Below are positions 36,791 to 46,570 of a stretch of DNA of 64,000 nt, piece by piece. Below the pieces are notes generated by a model. The model was not told the origin of the DNA, did not search any database, and worked only from the letters and a program-made list of their open reading frames with translations. The position numbers were made by a program, and so were the translations under genes. Source of the DNA: Bacteroidia bacterium (GTDB taxonomy: Bacteria > Bacteroidota > Bacteroidia > AKYH767-A > OLB10); the NCBI GenBank assembly GCA_044230205.1, contig JBGARN010000007.1, positions 3,020 through 67,019 on the forward strand. The letters are read 5' to 3'. Numbering within the stretch: position 1 is the first letter of the stretch; each line of letters starts with the position of its first letter.

Positions 36791-39469
36791 ATGACACCGG
36801 AGCATAATCGTTTAACAGCAACAAAAAGTAAGTCATTAAATTGGAAAAAATGGGGACCTTATTTAACGGAGCGTCAGTGGGGAACGGTACGTGAAGATTA
36901 CTCACCAACAGGCAGCGCATGGGAGCATGTATCGCATGATATGGCACGCAGCAAGGCTTATCGCTGGGGTGAAGAAGGCATTGGCGGCATCAGTGATGAC
37001 AAACAATTGCTTTGCTTTTCACTTGCATTATGGAATCATCGCGACCCGATTTTAAAGGAGCGCATTTATGGATTGACTGGTAATGAAGGTAATCATGCTG
37101 AGGATGTGAAAGAGTACTATTACTATCTGGATTCAACGCCAACACACTCTTACATGAAAATGCTGTACAAATATCCGCAGCATGAATTTCCATATTCAAA
37201 ATTGATTGATGAAAATCGAAATAGAGGAAAACAGGAAGATGAGTATGAATTGATAGACACAGGAATTTTTAATGACGATAAATATTTTGATGTCTTTATT
37301 GAATATGCAAAAAATGATACCGAAGATTTATTAATAAGGCTTACCGTTCATAACCGTGGTAATGAAGATGCTATGCTCAATGTTCTTCCAACATTGTGGT
37401 TTCGCAATACATGGAGTTGGGGTTATGATAAATACAAACCTGTGTTATCATCCTCCAAAGCCGGTGAAATAAAAATTCAGCATCGTGAGTTGGGGGACTT
37501 CACATTATATTGCGACAGGAGAGCTGATTTACTTTTTTGTGATAATGAAACTAATGTACACCGCCTATACAATGCTCAAAATCCAACAGAATTCTGCAAA
37601 GATGGAATCAACGATTACATCATTCAAAAAAAAGGAAATGCAATTAATGAAGATAAGATAGGAACAAGGGCTGCTGCCAATTATTTACTCAATGTGAAAG
37701 CACAAGGTTCAGAAACAATTGAGCTGCGCCTGGTGAAAGATAAAGTAGCATCTCCATTCAAAAATTTTAATGCGCTTTTTGAAACAAGAAAAAAAGAAGC
37801 TGATAAATTCTACAACGAAATACAAAAAGGTATTACTGATGCTGATGCGCGATTGGTGCAACGCCAGGCTTTTGCAGGTATGCTGTGGAGCAAGCAGTTT
37901 TTCTATTTAGATATTCCGCAATGGCTGAAAGGCGATCCGGCTCATCCTAAACCTCCCACACAAAGAAGGAAAGGACGTAATCATGAATGGATTCACCTGA
38001 ACAATGCAGATATTATTTCCATGCCCGATAAATGGGAATATCCCTGGTATGCGGCATGGGATCTGGCTTTTCATTGTGTAACATTTGCAATGATTGATGC
38101 GGACTTTGCCAAGGCGCAATTAGTGTTGCTTACCCGCGAATGGTACATGCATCCCAACGGACAATTACCGGCTTACGAATGGGCATTTGGTGATGTGAAT
38201 CCTCCCGTTCATGCATGGGCAACATTACGCGTTTACCAGATGGAAAAAGAGGAAACAGGAAAAGGGGACATAGAATTTTTGGAGCATGTTTTTCATAAGT
38301 TACTTCTCAATTTTAACTGGTGGGTGAACCGAAAAGATAAAGACGGGTTGAATATTTTCCAGGGGGGCTTTCTTGGCTTAGATAACATCGGTGTGTTTGA
38401 CCGCAGCAATGATTTGCCAACGGGCGGTTATATTGAACAGGCAGATGGTACAAGCTGGATGGCAATGTATTCGCTCAACCTGATGCGTATCTCCCTGGAG
38501 TTAGCACGAACAAATAACGTTTATGAAAACATGGCTACAAAGTTTTTCGAGCATTTCCTTTTGATTGCCGGAGCTATGACTAATCTTGGTGATGAGGGGA
38601 TTGATTTATGGGATAATGAAGACCAGTTCTTTTATGATGTGCTGCGTACTCCTGATAATAAGCGAACCAAATTAAAAGTAAGAAGTATTGTTGGTTTAAT
38701 TCCATTGTTTGCTGTTGAAGTATTGGATGAGGAATTATTAAAAGCAGTTCCCGATTTTATGAATCGCTTAAACTGGTACCTGCAATACAAGCCAGAATTA
38801 ACGCAATTGGTTTCGCGATGGAAGGATAAAGGAATGAACGAATCGCAATTGATGGCATTGCTTCGCGGGCATCGTATGAAAAGTTTGCTGAGCAAAATGC
38901 TGGATGAAACAGAATTTCTTTCAGACTATGGAATTCGTGCATTATCAAAAGTGCATAAAGATCATCCTTACGTCTTCCATGCAAACGGGAAAGAATTTAA
39001 AGTAACCTACACTCCTGGCGAAAGTGATTCAGGCCTGTTTGGCGGTAACAGCAACTGGCGCGGACCAATATGGATGCCGATAAATTATCTGTTGATTGAG
39101 TCACTTACAAAATTTCACAGTTACTATGGTGATGATTTTAAAGTGGAATATCCTGCGCGTTCCGGCAAAATGCTTTCACTTAAAGAAGTTGCCATTGAAG
39201 TTTCAAATCGCCTTACAACTATTTTCATGAATGATGAAAATGGAAAACGTGCGGTGTTTAATTATAATGAGAAAATTCAAACGGATCCCCATTTTAAAGA
39301 TTACATTTTGTTTCATGAATATTTTCATGGTGACAACGGTCGCGGTGTTGGAGCTTCACACCAAACTGGCTGGACGGGATTAATTGCTAATCTGATTGCA
39401 CTTATTGCAAAAGTAGAAAGCACCGGAATATCGAATCAGAAAATGATTAAGGAGATGGTGATGAATTAA
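36791..39469 (+). CDS. GH63-like (alpha/alpha)6-barrel glucosidase, cytoplasmic
   Basis: WKKWGPYLTERQWGTVREDYS, ARSKAYRWGEEG, DKWEYPWYAAWDLAFH, and C-terminal EYFHGDNGRGVGASHQTGWTGLIA. I recognise these from proteins annotated as glucosidase / MGH1-like GH63. No signal peptide. Confidence 0.7.
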   Translation: MTPEHNRLTATKSKSLNWKKWGPYLTERQWGTVREDYSPTGSAWEHVSHDMARSKAYRWGEEGIGGISDDKQLLCFSLALWNHRDPILKERIYGLTGNEGNHAEDVKEYYYYLDSTPTHSYMKMLYKYPQHEFPYSKLIDENRNRGKQEDEYELIDTGIFNDDKYFDVFIEYAKNDTEDLLIRLTVHNRGNEDAMLNVLPTLWFRNTWSWGYDKYKPVLSSSKAGEIKIQHRELGDFTLYCDRRADLLFCDNETNVHRLYNAQNPTEFCKDGINDYIIQKKGNAINEDKIGTRAAANYLLNVKAQGSETIELRLVKDKVASPFKNFNALFETRKKEADKFYNEIQKGITDADARLVQRQAFAGMLWSKQFFYLDIPQWLKGDPAHPKPPTQRRKGRNHEWIHLNNADIISMPDKWEYPWYAAWDLAFHCVTFAMIDADFAKAQLVLLTREWYMHPNGQLPAYEWAFGDVNPPVHAWATLRVYQMEKEETGKGDIEFLEHVFHKLLLNFNWWVNRKDKDGLNIFQGGFLGLDNIGVFDRSNDLPTGGYIEQADGTSWMAMYSLNLMRISLELARTNNVYENMATKFFEHFLLIAGAMTNLGDEGIDLWDNEDQFFYDVLRTPDNKRTKLKVRSIVGLIPLFAVEVLDEELLKAVPDFMNRLNWYLQYKPELTQLVSRWKDKGMNESQLMALLRGHRMKSLLSKMLDETEFLSDYGIRALSKVHKDHPYVFHANGKEFKVTYTPGESDSGLFGGNSNWRGPIWMPINYLLIESLTKFHSYYGDDFKVEYPARSGKMLSLKEVAIEVSNRLTTIFMNDENGKRAVFNYNEKIQTDPHFKDYILFHEYFHGDNGRGVGASHQTGWTGLIANLIALIAKVESTGISNQKMIKEMVMN

Positions 39470-39510
39470 TTTAAAAAGATTTCGCAAAAAGTAGTTGCAC
39501 TGGTGTGGTT

Positions 39511-39540
39511 ACGCCCTTTAGGGACGAGGTGTGGGAAGCC
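39511..39540 (+). repeat. Short hairpin/G-tract intergenic motif, diverged copy A
   Basis: ACGCCCTTTAGGGACGAGGTGTGGGAAGCC is related to the 43-nt copies at 44967 and 46571. Confidence 0.6.
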
Positions 39541-39713
39541 GTCAAGACTAAGCGCTGTACCCTTTCCCTGAAGAGCACAAACGCACTTAAATATCCAACT
39601 GGAATTAATTTTTCAATTAAACGCAGATTGTCATTCGGGCAACAAAACAAAAATCATTCGAACATTTCATTTGCAGTAATTAAATAAACATCAATAATCA
39701 GAACACAAAAAAA

Positions 39714-40898
39714 ATGAATACTGAAATTTTAGAAAAGGAAAAATTAACCGTTGCAACTAAGTTGAACGGAAACTCAAATACAGAGGTAATGAAAGCTGTT
39801 GCCGTTTATCCCGGCAAGAAAAACTCAGTGCATTTACGTCATGACGTTGCAAAACCAAAAGTAACTGACATTCCAAATGGCAGAGGTGTGCTGGTAAAAA
39901 TTTTAAACATCGGTGTGGATGGCACTGATAAAGAAATTGTGAATTGTGAGTACGGTGCACCACCTCCCGGCTCTGATTATTTAATCTGTGGTCATGAAAC
40001 TTTGGGAGTTGTGGTTGAAACGGGAAACAATGTGCATGAATTTAAAAAAGGGGATTACGTGGTGACAACAGTGCGCAGGCCAGGTATGTCTATCTATGAT
40101 AAAATAGGCAATTACGATATGACCACTGATGATAATTACTACGAGCATGGTATTAATCTGCTTCACGGATTTTTAACGGAGTATTATGTTGAAGATCCTG
40201 AGTATATCATTAAGGTTCCTATTGGATTAAAAAACATTGCTGTGCTTACGGAGCCCATTTCAATTGTTGAAAAAGGAATTGAACAGGCATTTGAATTGCA
40301 GCGCAGGCTACGTGTCTGGAAACCGAAAAAAGCTGCAGTGCTTGGTGCAGGACCAATAGGTTTGCTGGCAACAATGGTGTTGCGATTAAAAGGAATTGAA
40401 ACCACCACAATTGCGCGCACTCCGGCACCTTATCTTAATTCAAACATTGTTGAAGAAATGGGTGCAAAATATTTCAGCACTGAAAATAAATCGCTGATGG
40501 AAATCACAAAAGAAGATGGTCCTTATGATTTGATTTTTGAAGCAACCGGCTTTTCTCCTTTTGTTTTTGAAGGCATGAATATTCTTGGGAAAAATGGGGT
40601 GTTGATTTTGTCAAGTGTTACAGGTGGCGGACGGAATGTTTCCATTCCTTCAGATAAGATAAATCTTGGTTTCGTGCTTGGAAACAAAGTAGTGGTGGGA
40701 ACTGTAAATGCCAGTCGTGAATATTTTGAAATGGGCATAAAAGACTTTGCACATGCTGAAGTGATGTGGCCGGGGTTATTAAATAAATTCTTAACGCATA
40801 AAGTAGTGGGTTTAGAAAGTTACGAAGAGATGTATAAAATTTTATTTGAGGGTAATGATTTGATTAAGGTTTATATGGAAATTGCTACCGAAAATTAA
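39714..40898 (+). CDS. Archaeal-type MDR-family glucose 1-dehydrogenase
   Basis: By eye it aligns with archaeal GDHs: GVDGTDKEIV, CGHETLGVV, GDYVVTTVRRPG, LLHGFLTEYYVEDPEYIIKV, AVLTEPIS, Rossmann GAGPIGLL. The true start may be the MKAVAV Met at 39789. Confidence 0.7.
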   Translation: MNTEILEKEKLTVATKLNGNSNTEVMKAVAVYPGKKNSVHLRHDVAKPKVTDIPNGRGVLVKILNIGVDGTDKEIVNCEYGAPPPGSDYLICGHETLGVVVETGNNVHEFKKGDYVVTTVRRPGMSIYDKIGNYDMTTDDNYYEHGINLLHGFLTEYYVEDPEYIIKVPIGLKNIAVLTEPISIVEKGIEQAFELQRRLRVWKPKKAAVLGAGPIGLLATMVLRLKGIETTTIARTPAPYLNSNIVEEMGAKYFSTENKSLMEITKEDGPYDLIFEATGFSPFVFEGMNILGKNGVLILSSVTGGGRNVSIPSDKINLGFVLGNKVVVGTVNASREYFEMGIKDFAHAEVMWPGLLNKFLTHKVVGLESYEEMYKILFEGNDLIKVYMEIATEN

Positions 40899-40940
40899 TT
40901 GACAATAACTGTTTATACATCCTCATTGAGTAATACTTTT

Positions 40941-41011
40941 GGGTCACACTGAGCGGAGTCGAAGTGAATGCGTTTGCCATTCGAATGGTTCGACTTCGCT
41001 CACCATGACCC
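40941..41011. repeat. Long imperfect inverted repeat (23-nt arms) of the GTCAC.CTGAGCG.AGT.GAAG family
   Basis: GGGTCACACTGAGCGGAGTCGAA (40941-40963) pairs with TTCGACTTCGCTCACCATGACCC (40989-41011). There is an inner GAATG/CATTC stem. It sits between the GDH stop and the GDE start and may act as a terminator. Confidence 0.75.
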
Positions 41012-41030
41012 TTTCTAAAATTAAGTAAAA

Positions 41031-43024
41031 ATGAATTTCAGTTCAACAACACTTCAGGACTTCAATCAATCATCCAAATTGGAATGGCTGGAAACCGGGC
41101 TGGCGGTTATGCAAGCTCTACAGTTGCCGGTGCAAACGCGCGCTACCATGGTTTATTGATTGCTTCAACCAGGCCGCCTGTCGGACGTGTTACGATGCTC
41201 TCAAAATTGGATGAAACGATTATTTGTGGCGAAGAAAAATTTGAACTAAGTAGTAATCAATACCTGGGAGCCAATCATCCAAATGGTTATACATTCTTAA
41301 AATCATTTTCAAAAAGAATTATTTCCTGAATGGATTTATGAATTGCCCAATGGAATTGAAATAAAAAAAACCATTGCAGCTGTTAATGGTGAGAATACAA
41401 CGCTCATTATATATGAAGTGTTGAAGGCGAAGCAAAGTTTCACCATGGAATTACTTCCACTTGTTTCAGGAAAAGATTTTCATTCGCTTATTCGAGCCAA
41501 TGAGAATATAAATCGCGAAGCCAGTTTTGAGAACTCCACATTGATTGTAAAGCCTTACCAGGACTTGCCTGAAATGTGTTTCTTGCTGCCGGTACCACAT
41601 TCCCGCAACAACAGGATTGGTATTATAATTTTGACTATGCAATTGATAAGTATCGCGGACAGGAATTTACTGAAGACCTTTTCACTTATGGAAAACTATC
41701 TAAGGAATTAGAACCGGGTGATAAATTTGGAATAGTCATCTCCACAGAAGATACAAGCAATAAAAATTCATTGGAGCTATTTGCAAAAGAAAAAGCCCGA
41801 AGAGAAAGCCTTATTGCTCCCCTCTCTCTTGGAGAGGGGTTGGGGGTGAGGCAAATTCTCACACTTGCTGCCGACCAGTTTGTTGTTAAGCGCGGTGAAA
41901 ATCTTAAAACCATAATTGCAGGTTATCATTGGTTCAGTGACTGGGGGCGAGATACGATGATTGCATTGCCGGGCTTATGCCTGTCAACGGGGCGATTTGA
42001 CGATGCACAAAAAATTCTTTCAGCTTTTGCAAAAAGTGTTTCGCAGGGAATGTTACCCAATCGTTTTCCTGATTATGGTGAAGAGCCTGAGTACAATACG
42101 GTGGATGCCACACTTTGGTTTTTTATTGCGATTAAAAAATACTTAGATGCAACTGGAAATAAAAAGTTTGTACTGAATGAATTGCTTCCCGTGTTGAAAG
42201 AAATTATTGACTGGCATTTTAAAGGGACGCGATATAACATTCACGCGAACAACGATGGCTTGCTTTACCAGGGATCTGACGGTCAACAACTTACCTGGAT
42301 GGATGCACGTGTCGGTGATTGGGTGGTAACTCCGCGTATTGGTAAAGCTGTTGAAATAAATGCATTATGGTACAATGCGCTTATGATTTATGCTGACTTG
42401 CTTAAACTGAATAATGAAAATGATGCAGCAAAAATATTTTCAACTCACGCTGATAAAATAAAAAATCAATTCACAGAAATTTATTGGAATGAAGAGCAAC
42501 AATGTTTATATGATTTTATCAAAGATGATTATAAGAATAGAGCAGTACGACCGAATCAATTGTTCGCTTTGAGTTTACCTTATACTTTGATAGAAGGAGA
42601 AAAAGCGGAATTGATTTTAAAAACTGTTTCTGAAAAACTTTATACTCCGGTTGGCTTAAGAAGTTTATCACAGGATAATCCTGATTATAAAGGCACTTAC
42701 GGTGGTGACCAATGGCATCGTGATGCTGCCTATCACCAGGGAACAGTTTGGAGCTGGTTGCTCGGTCCTTATATAGATGCTATCATAAAAGTGAAAGGAA
42801 CTGACGGAAAAGCTGAAGCAAAAAAAGTAATAGAGAATTTCACTTATCATTTTAGTGAGCATTGCGTTGGTAGTATTTCTGAAATTTTTGATGGCGATGC
42901 TCCAAACGCACCGCGAGGTTGTATTGCACAGGCCTGGAGTGTTGGAGAATTACTGCGCGTGATAACTGATTATGATTTATTAAGTGAAAAGAAGTCTTCT
43001 AAACACAAAAAGCAAACAGCTTAA
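41031..43024 (+). pseudogene. Glycogen debranching enzyme (archaeal-type amylo-alpha-1,6-glucosidase, GDE_N + GDE_C) disrupted by three frameshifts
   Basis: Homologous reading passes through frames 0, 2, 0, 2. The first shift is a missing G at about 41102 (EWLETGL|GGYASSTVAGANARYHGLLIAS). The second is an extra A in the A5 run at 41311-41315 (LKSFSK|ELFPEWIYEL). The third is a missing A in the AAA at 41572-41574 (PYQDLPE|NVFLAAGTTF...WYYNFDY). The C-terminal 482 codons are intact (HWFSDWGRDTMIALPGL, LTWMDA, AYHQGTVWSWLLGPY). Confidence 0.75.
41818..41851 (+). repeat. Hairpin + G-tract repeat element embedded in frame in the GDE reading frame
   Basis: CCCCTCTC-TCTTG-GAGAGGGG (perfect 8-bp stem, 41819-41839) followed by TTGGGGGTGAGG. 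It is translated as PLSLGEGLGVR. Confidence 0.6.
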
Positions 43025-43060
43025 TGAAATTTATCATACCAGGAATATGTCAAATTATTA

Positions 43061-43089
43061 GGGAGCTTTTACAAGGTTCCCTTTTTTTT
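43061..43089 (+). terminator. Rho-independent terminator
   Basis: GGGAGC-N9-GTTCCC (one G-U pair) followed by T8. Confidence 0.6.
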
Positions 43090-43241
43090 GAAGAGCGGTT
43101 TAATATGCTTTTCAATTTGATAATCGAATTTCCAACTTCTGTCATCTCTTGTCTGCTCTGCGACAAATAATTTTTTTCTCCCTTATTACTATTGTCTTTG
43201 AATTTGAAGTTTGATTTCAATTTCATTTAAAGACAATCATC

Positions 43242-44858
43242 ATGAATCAATACGATATTATTATCATAGGCACCGGGGCAGGGGGTGGAACCATTGCTCA
43301 TAAACTGGCACCATCAGGTAAGAAAATTTTAATTCTTGAAAGAGGAGATTTCATTCCCCGTGAAAAAGAGAACTGGGATCCGGTTGAAGTAGCCACCAAA
43401 GGCCGCTACCGCACCAAAGAAAAATGGTATGATAAAAACAATGAAGCTTTTGAACCTTACACGCATTATTGTGTGGGTGGCAATACAAAAATGTATGGAG
43501 CTGCATTGTTGCGTTTGCGACAGAGTGATTTCAGCGAGGTGCAGCATTTTGACGGAGTTTCACCGGCATGGCCTATTAAGTACAACGACCTTGAAAAATA
43601 TTATTCGCAGGCGGAAAAAATGTACAGTGTACATGGTACACGTGGTTATGATATTACCGAACCCTATTCATCAGAAGCCTATCCATTTCCATCGTTAAAA
43701 ATGGAGCCGGATATGCATGAATTGTTTTTGCAGTTTCGTGCATTGGGTTATCATCCATACCCATGTCCTGTTGCAGTTCGCATGGACGAATGCATCAGAG
43801 GGGCATCGCCTTTGCGGTTGAGTAATTTTGACGGATTCCCTGATTTGACAGAAGCAAAGGCTGATGCACATGTGGTGGCCATCCGCGAAGCATTAACTTA
43901 CAGCAATGTTACCTTAATGACCAATTGCAAAGCTGAAAAGCTAATGACGGATGCAGCAGGAAAAAAGGTAACAAGCGTGGTTGTGAATCAAAATGGAGTA
44001 CAGCAGACTATTTCTGCTGATACCATCATTGTTTCATGCGGTGCAATTAATTCAGCAGCTTTATTTTTAAATAGTGCCAATGAAAAACATCCTAACGGGC
44101 TTGCCAACAGCAGCGACCAGGTAGGAAGAAATTACATGGCACATAACAATGGAGCACTGATAGTAGTTTCAAAGAAAGAAAATCGTGCACAGTTTCAAAA
44201 AGCATTTGGTGTTGCCGACTTTTATCATGCTACTGATGAATACAAATTTCCCTTAGGTGCCATACAGCTGATGGGAAAAACGGATTACGATACGCTGGCG
44301 GGTTTAGCAAAAGATGTTTTGCCGGGCATGAGTGCAGAAGAAATTTCAACTCACTCCATTGACTTCTGGGTAACAGCAGAGGATTTGCCACGTGCTGAAA
44401 ATCGTGTTACGCTTACCGATGATGGTTCAATAAAACTTTCAGTAACACAAACCAATCGCGAGGCTTATGATAAATTAAAGTCAAAATTAAAAAGCATCAT
44501 AGCAGAGATTGCAAAGAAAGATGAAGCGTTTAAAGATGCTGTTTACATTGGTTACGATTTAGGTGTGAGTGGAGTTTCACATCAAAACGGAACCATGCGT
44601 TTTGGAACTGACCCTAAAACCTCAGTATTGGATATTAATTGCAAAACGCATGACCTGGAAAATGTATATGTGGTGGATGCAAGTTTTTTCCCAAGCTGTG
44701 GCGCTGTAAATCCTTCGCTCACGATTATGGCAAATGCCCTGAGAGTTGGGGAACATATTTTATCAAGGCTTAACATCTCAATAAAAAATAACTCAAAAGA
44801 AACTGTTCCGGTGAAGGAAGAAAAATCTTCTTCAAGAATGTACCTGAACTTGTTTTAA
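43242..44858 (+). CDS. GMC-family FAD-dependent oxidoreductase
   Basis: N-terminal YDIIIIGTGAGGGTIAHKLA dinucleotide fold and C-terminal GMC motif HQNGTMRFG...LENVYVVDASFFPS...NPSLTIMANA. Confidence 0.85.
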   Translation: MNQYDIIIIGTGAGGGTIAHKLAPSGKKILILERGDFIPREKENWDPVEVATKGRYRTKEKWYDKNNEAFEPYTHYCVGGNTKMYGAALLRLRQSDFSEVQHFDGVSPAWPIKYNDLEKYYSQAEKMYSVHGTRGYDITEPYSSEAYPFPSLKMEPDMHELFLQFRALGYHPYPCPVAVRMDECIRGASPLRLSNFDGFPDLTEAKADAHVVAIREALTYSNVTLMTNCKAEKLMTDAAGKKVTSVVVNQNGVQQTISADTIIVSCGAINSAALFLNSANEKHPNGLANSSDQVGRNYMAHNNGALIVVSKKENRAQFQKAFGVADFYHATDEYKFPLGAIQLMGKTDYDTLAGLAKDVLPGMSAEEISTHSIDFWVTAEDLPRAENRVTLTDDGSIKLSVTQTNREAYDKLKSKLKSIIAEIAKKDEAFKDAVYIGYDLGVSGVSHQNGTMRFGTDPKTSVLDINCKTHDLENVYVVDASFFPSCGAVNPSLTIMANALRVGEHILSRLNISIKNNSKETVPVKEEKSSSRMYLNLF

Positions 44859-44966
44859 ATTATTGAAGCAGGAAATGATTAGACGAACATTATCATTTCT
44901 AAGAAACTGTTTAAATATTTTAAAATGAATTACAAGCCTACGTGCAGCCTGTCCCAATAAGTTACT

Positions 44967-45009
44967 AACGCGCGATGATTCCCTTTAGGGTTAGGGTGTG
45001 GGAAGGCAA
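44967..45009 (+). repeat. Short hairpin/G-tract intergenic motif, copy B
   Basis: AACGCGCGATGATTCCCTTTAGGGTTAGGGTGTGGGAAGGCAA is identical to copy C at 42 of 43 positions. Confidence 0.8.
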
Positions 45010-45150
45010 CAGGAATATCTTAATAAGAAATCTTATCAGCACTACCAATTGTGCTGATATTGTTTTATTGCGTCAGATTGTAGTCACACTTTATCGGGAA
45101 ATACCCTTTAAGCTTTGCATTTTGATTAATTTGCATCTTAAATTACTGGT

Positions 45151-46431
45151 ATGAGTTTGTCCATTTTTTTATTTTATGGTTTTGCTTTTGTCGGGCTGTT
45201 GCATTCATTCATTTTTTCATTCCTGGCCATCCGCAATAAAAAAACTGCAGACCTTATCATTACACTTTTCCTGTTTGTTCAGTCGGTCATTATATTGGAA
45301 TATGTTTTTTTCTGGACAGGCTTAAACAATCCCTACCATTACCTGTGCAACATTAGTATGACCTTGCAATTTCTTTTTGGCCCTTTATTATTAATGTATG
45401 TGGATTATGTGTTTAATGAAGAAAAGAAATTCAACAAGTTCTTTTTTCATTTCATCCCGGCTGCTGTCATTTTTATTTTGATGATACCCTATTATTTCAG
45501 CACGGCTGATTTAAAGCTCAATCATTATAAAATGATAAAGTATTTTATCCTCGATTTACGGCTGGTTGTCTATGCCATCATGGCTCACATGACCTTTTAC
45601 TTTATCATGATAATTTTCAAAATCATAAAAGAAAAGCGCATTGGTCATATTAAAAACTGGTTATTGACCATTGTAGGATTGTATGGCTTTTACATTGCCT
45701 GTTATATTTCCTATTACGTGATGGTTCGTTACCCCTGGTTTACGCTTACCACCGATTATTTTGTTTCCATTGGAATGTGTGCAAGCATTACTGCCATTAT
45801 CTATTTCGCTTATGGAAGGAAAAAAATCTTTGATGGTTTTCCTGTTACTGAATCACTGAACCTTGAAAACATTTACTTCTCTTATAAGGAAGATGTAATA
45901 GCAGCGCCTCTCAAAAAAAAAGAACCAAGCCTGTTGTATAGTTATCCGGCTGGCACTGATAAAATACATGCTGAAGAAGAAGTATTAACTGAAAAAGAAC
46001 CGGAAATCAAAAGCGAGCCGGATCCTGTTCAGGAGAATTTTCCTGTCAAGTATAAAAACTCAGGTTTAACAGCCGATGCAGGTAATGAATTAGCGGAAGC
46101 ATTGAAACAAGTCATGCATAAGGAGAAACTTTACCGGGAAAGTGAATTGAAACTGGAAACACTTGCTGCAAAATTGAATGTTGCCAAGCATTATGTTTCA
46201 CAGGTTATCAATCAGCATTATGGTGTTAATTTTTTTGAATACATTAATTTATTACGCATTGAGGAAGCAAAGCAATTGCTGATTTCGAATGATAAAAAAT
46301 CAATGAACATCATTGAAGTGGCATACACTGTTGGTTATAACACCAAGAATACTTTCAATGCAGCTTTTCGCAGGATTGTGGGAGTAACGCCCACTGAATA
46401 CCGAAACCAGAATCATATCCGCATGAATTAA
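45151..46431 (+). CDS. AraC-family transcriptional regulator with N-terminal multi-pass membrane domain
   Basis: About 7 hydrophobic helices in the first 230 aa. C-terminal HTH_18: LAAKLNVAKHYVSQVIN...YTVGYNTKNTFNAAFRRIVGVTPTEYR. Confidence 0.85.
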   Translation: MSLSIFLFYGFAFVGLLHSFIFSFLAIRNKKTADLIITLFLFVQSVIILEYVFFWTGLNNPYHYLCNISMTLQFLFGPLLLMYVDYVFNEEKKFNKFFFHFIPAAVIFILMIPYYFSTADLKLNHYKMIKYFILDLRLVVYAIMAHMTFYFIMIIFKIIKEKRIGHIKNWLLTIVGLYGFYIACYISYYVMVRYPWFTLTTDYFVSIGMCASITAIIYFAYGRKKIFDGFPVTESLNLENIYFSYKEDVIAAPLKKKEPSLLYSYPAGTDKIHAEEEVLTEKEPEIKSEPDPVQENFPVKYKNSGLTADAGNELAEALKQVMHKEKLYRESELKLETLAAKLNVAKHYVSQVINQHYGVNFFEYINLLRIEEAKQLLISNDKKSMNIIEVAYTVGYNTKNTFNAAFRRIVGVTPTEYRNQNHIRMN

Positions 46432-46570
46432 GTAATACCTTATCGGTAATGACCATCATTCAGGTTTATTGAAATTGTTTTGCAGAAAAATAAGCCTGTT
46501 TAAATTTCTTAAAAATTAATTACAGGCTTGTTCTCACCCCTCCCGATAGCTATCGGGACTAAAGGGTGCA

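Noticed and set aside
39505-39687. 60-aa + strand ORF in the GH63-GDH intergenic region
   Set aside because: It starts at a non-ATG codon, runs straight through repeat motif copy A, and has low-complexity composition with no domain. It is most likely spurious.
41031-41600. Programmed ribosomal frameshifting in the debranching-enzyme gene
   Set aside because: Three shifts in alternating directions within 550 nt would be needed. None has a recognisable slippery heptamer with a downstream structure. Mutational decay or sequencing error is more economical.
44984-44995. TTAGGGTTAGGG, identical to two vertebrate telomere repeats (also at 46588-46599)
   Set aside because: Only two units are present, embedded in a longer bacterial intergenic repeat. 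This is a coincidental match within a G-tract motif.
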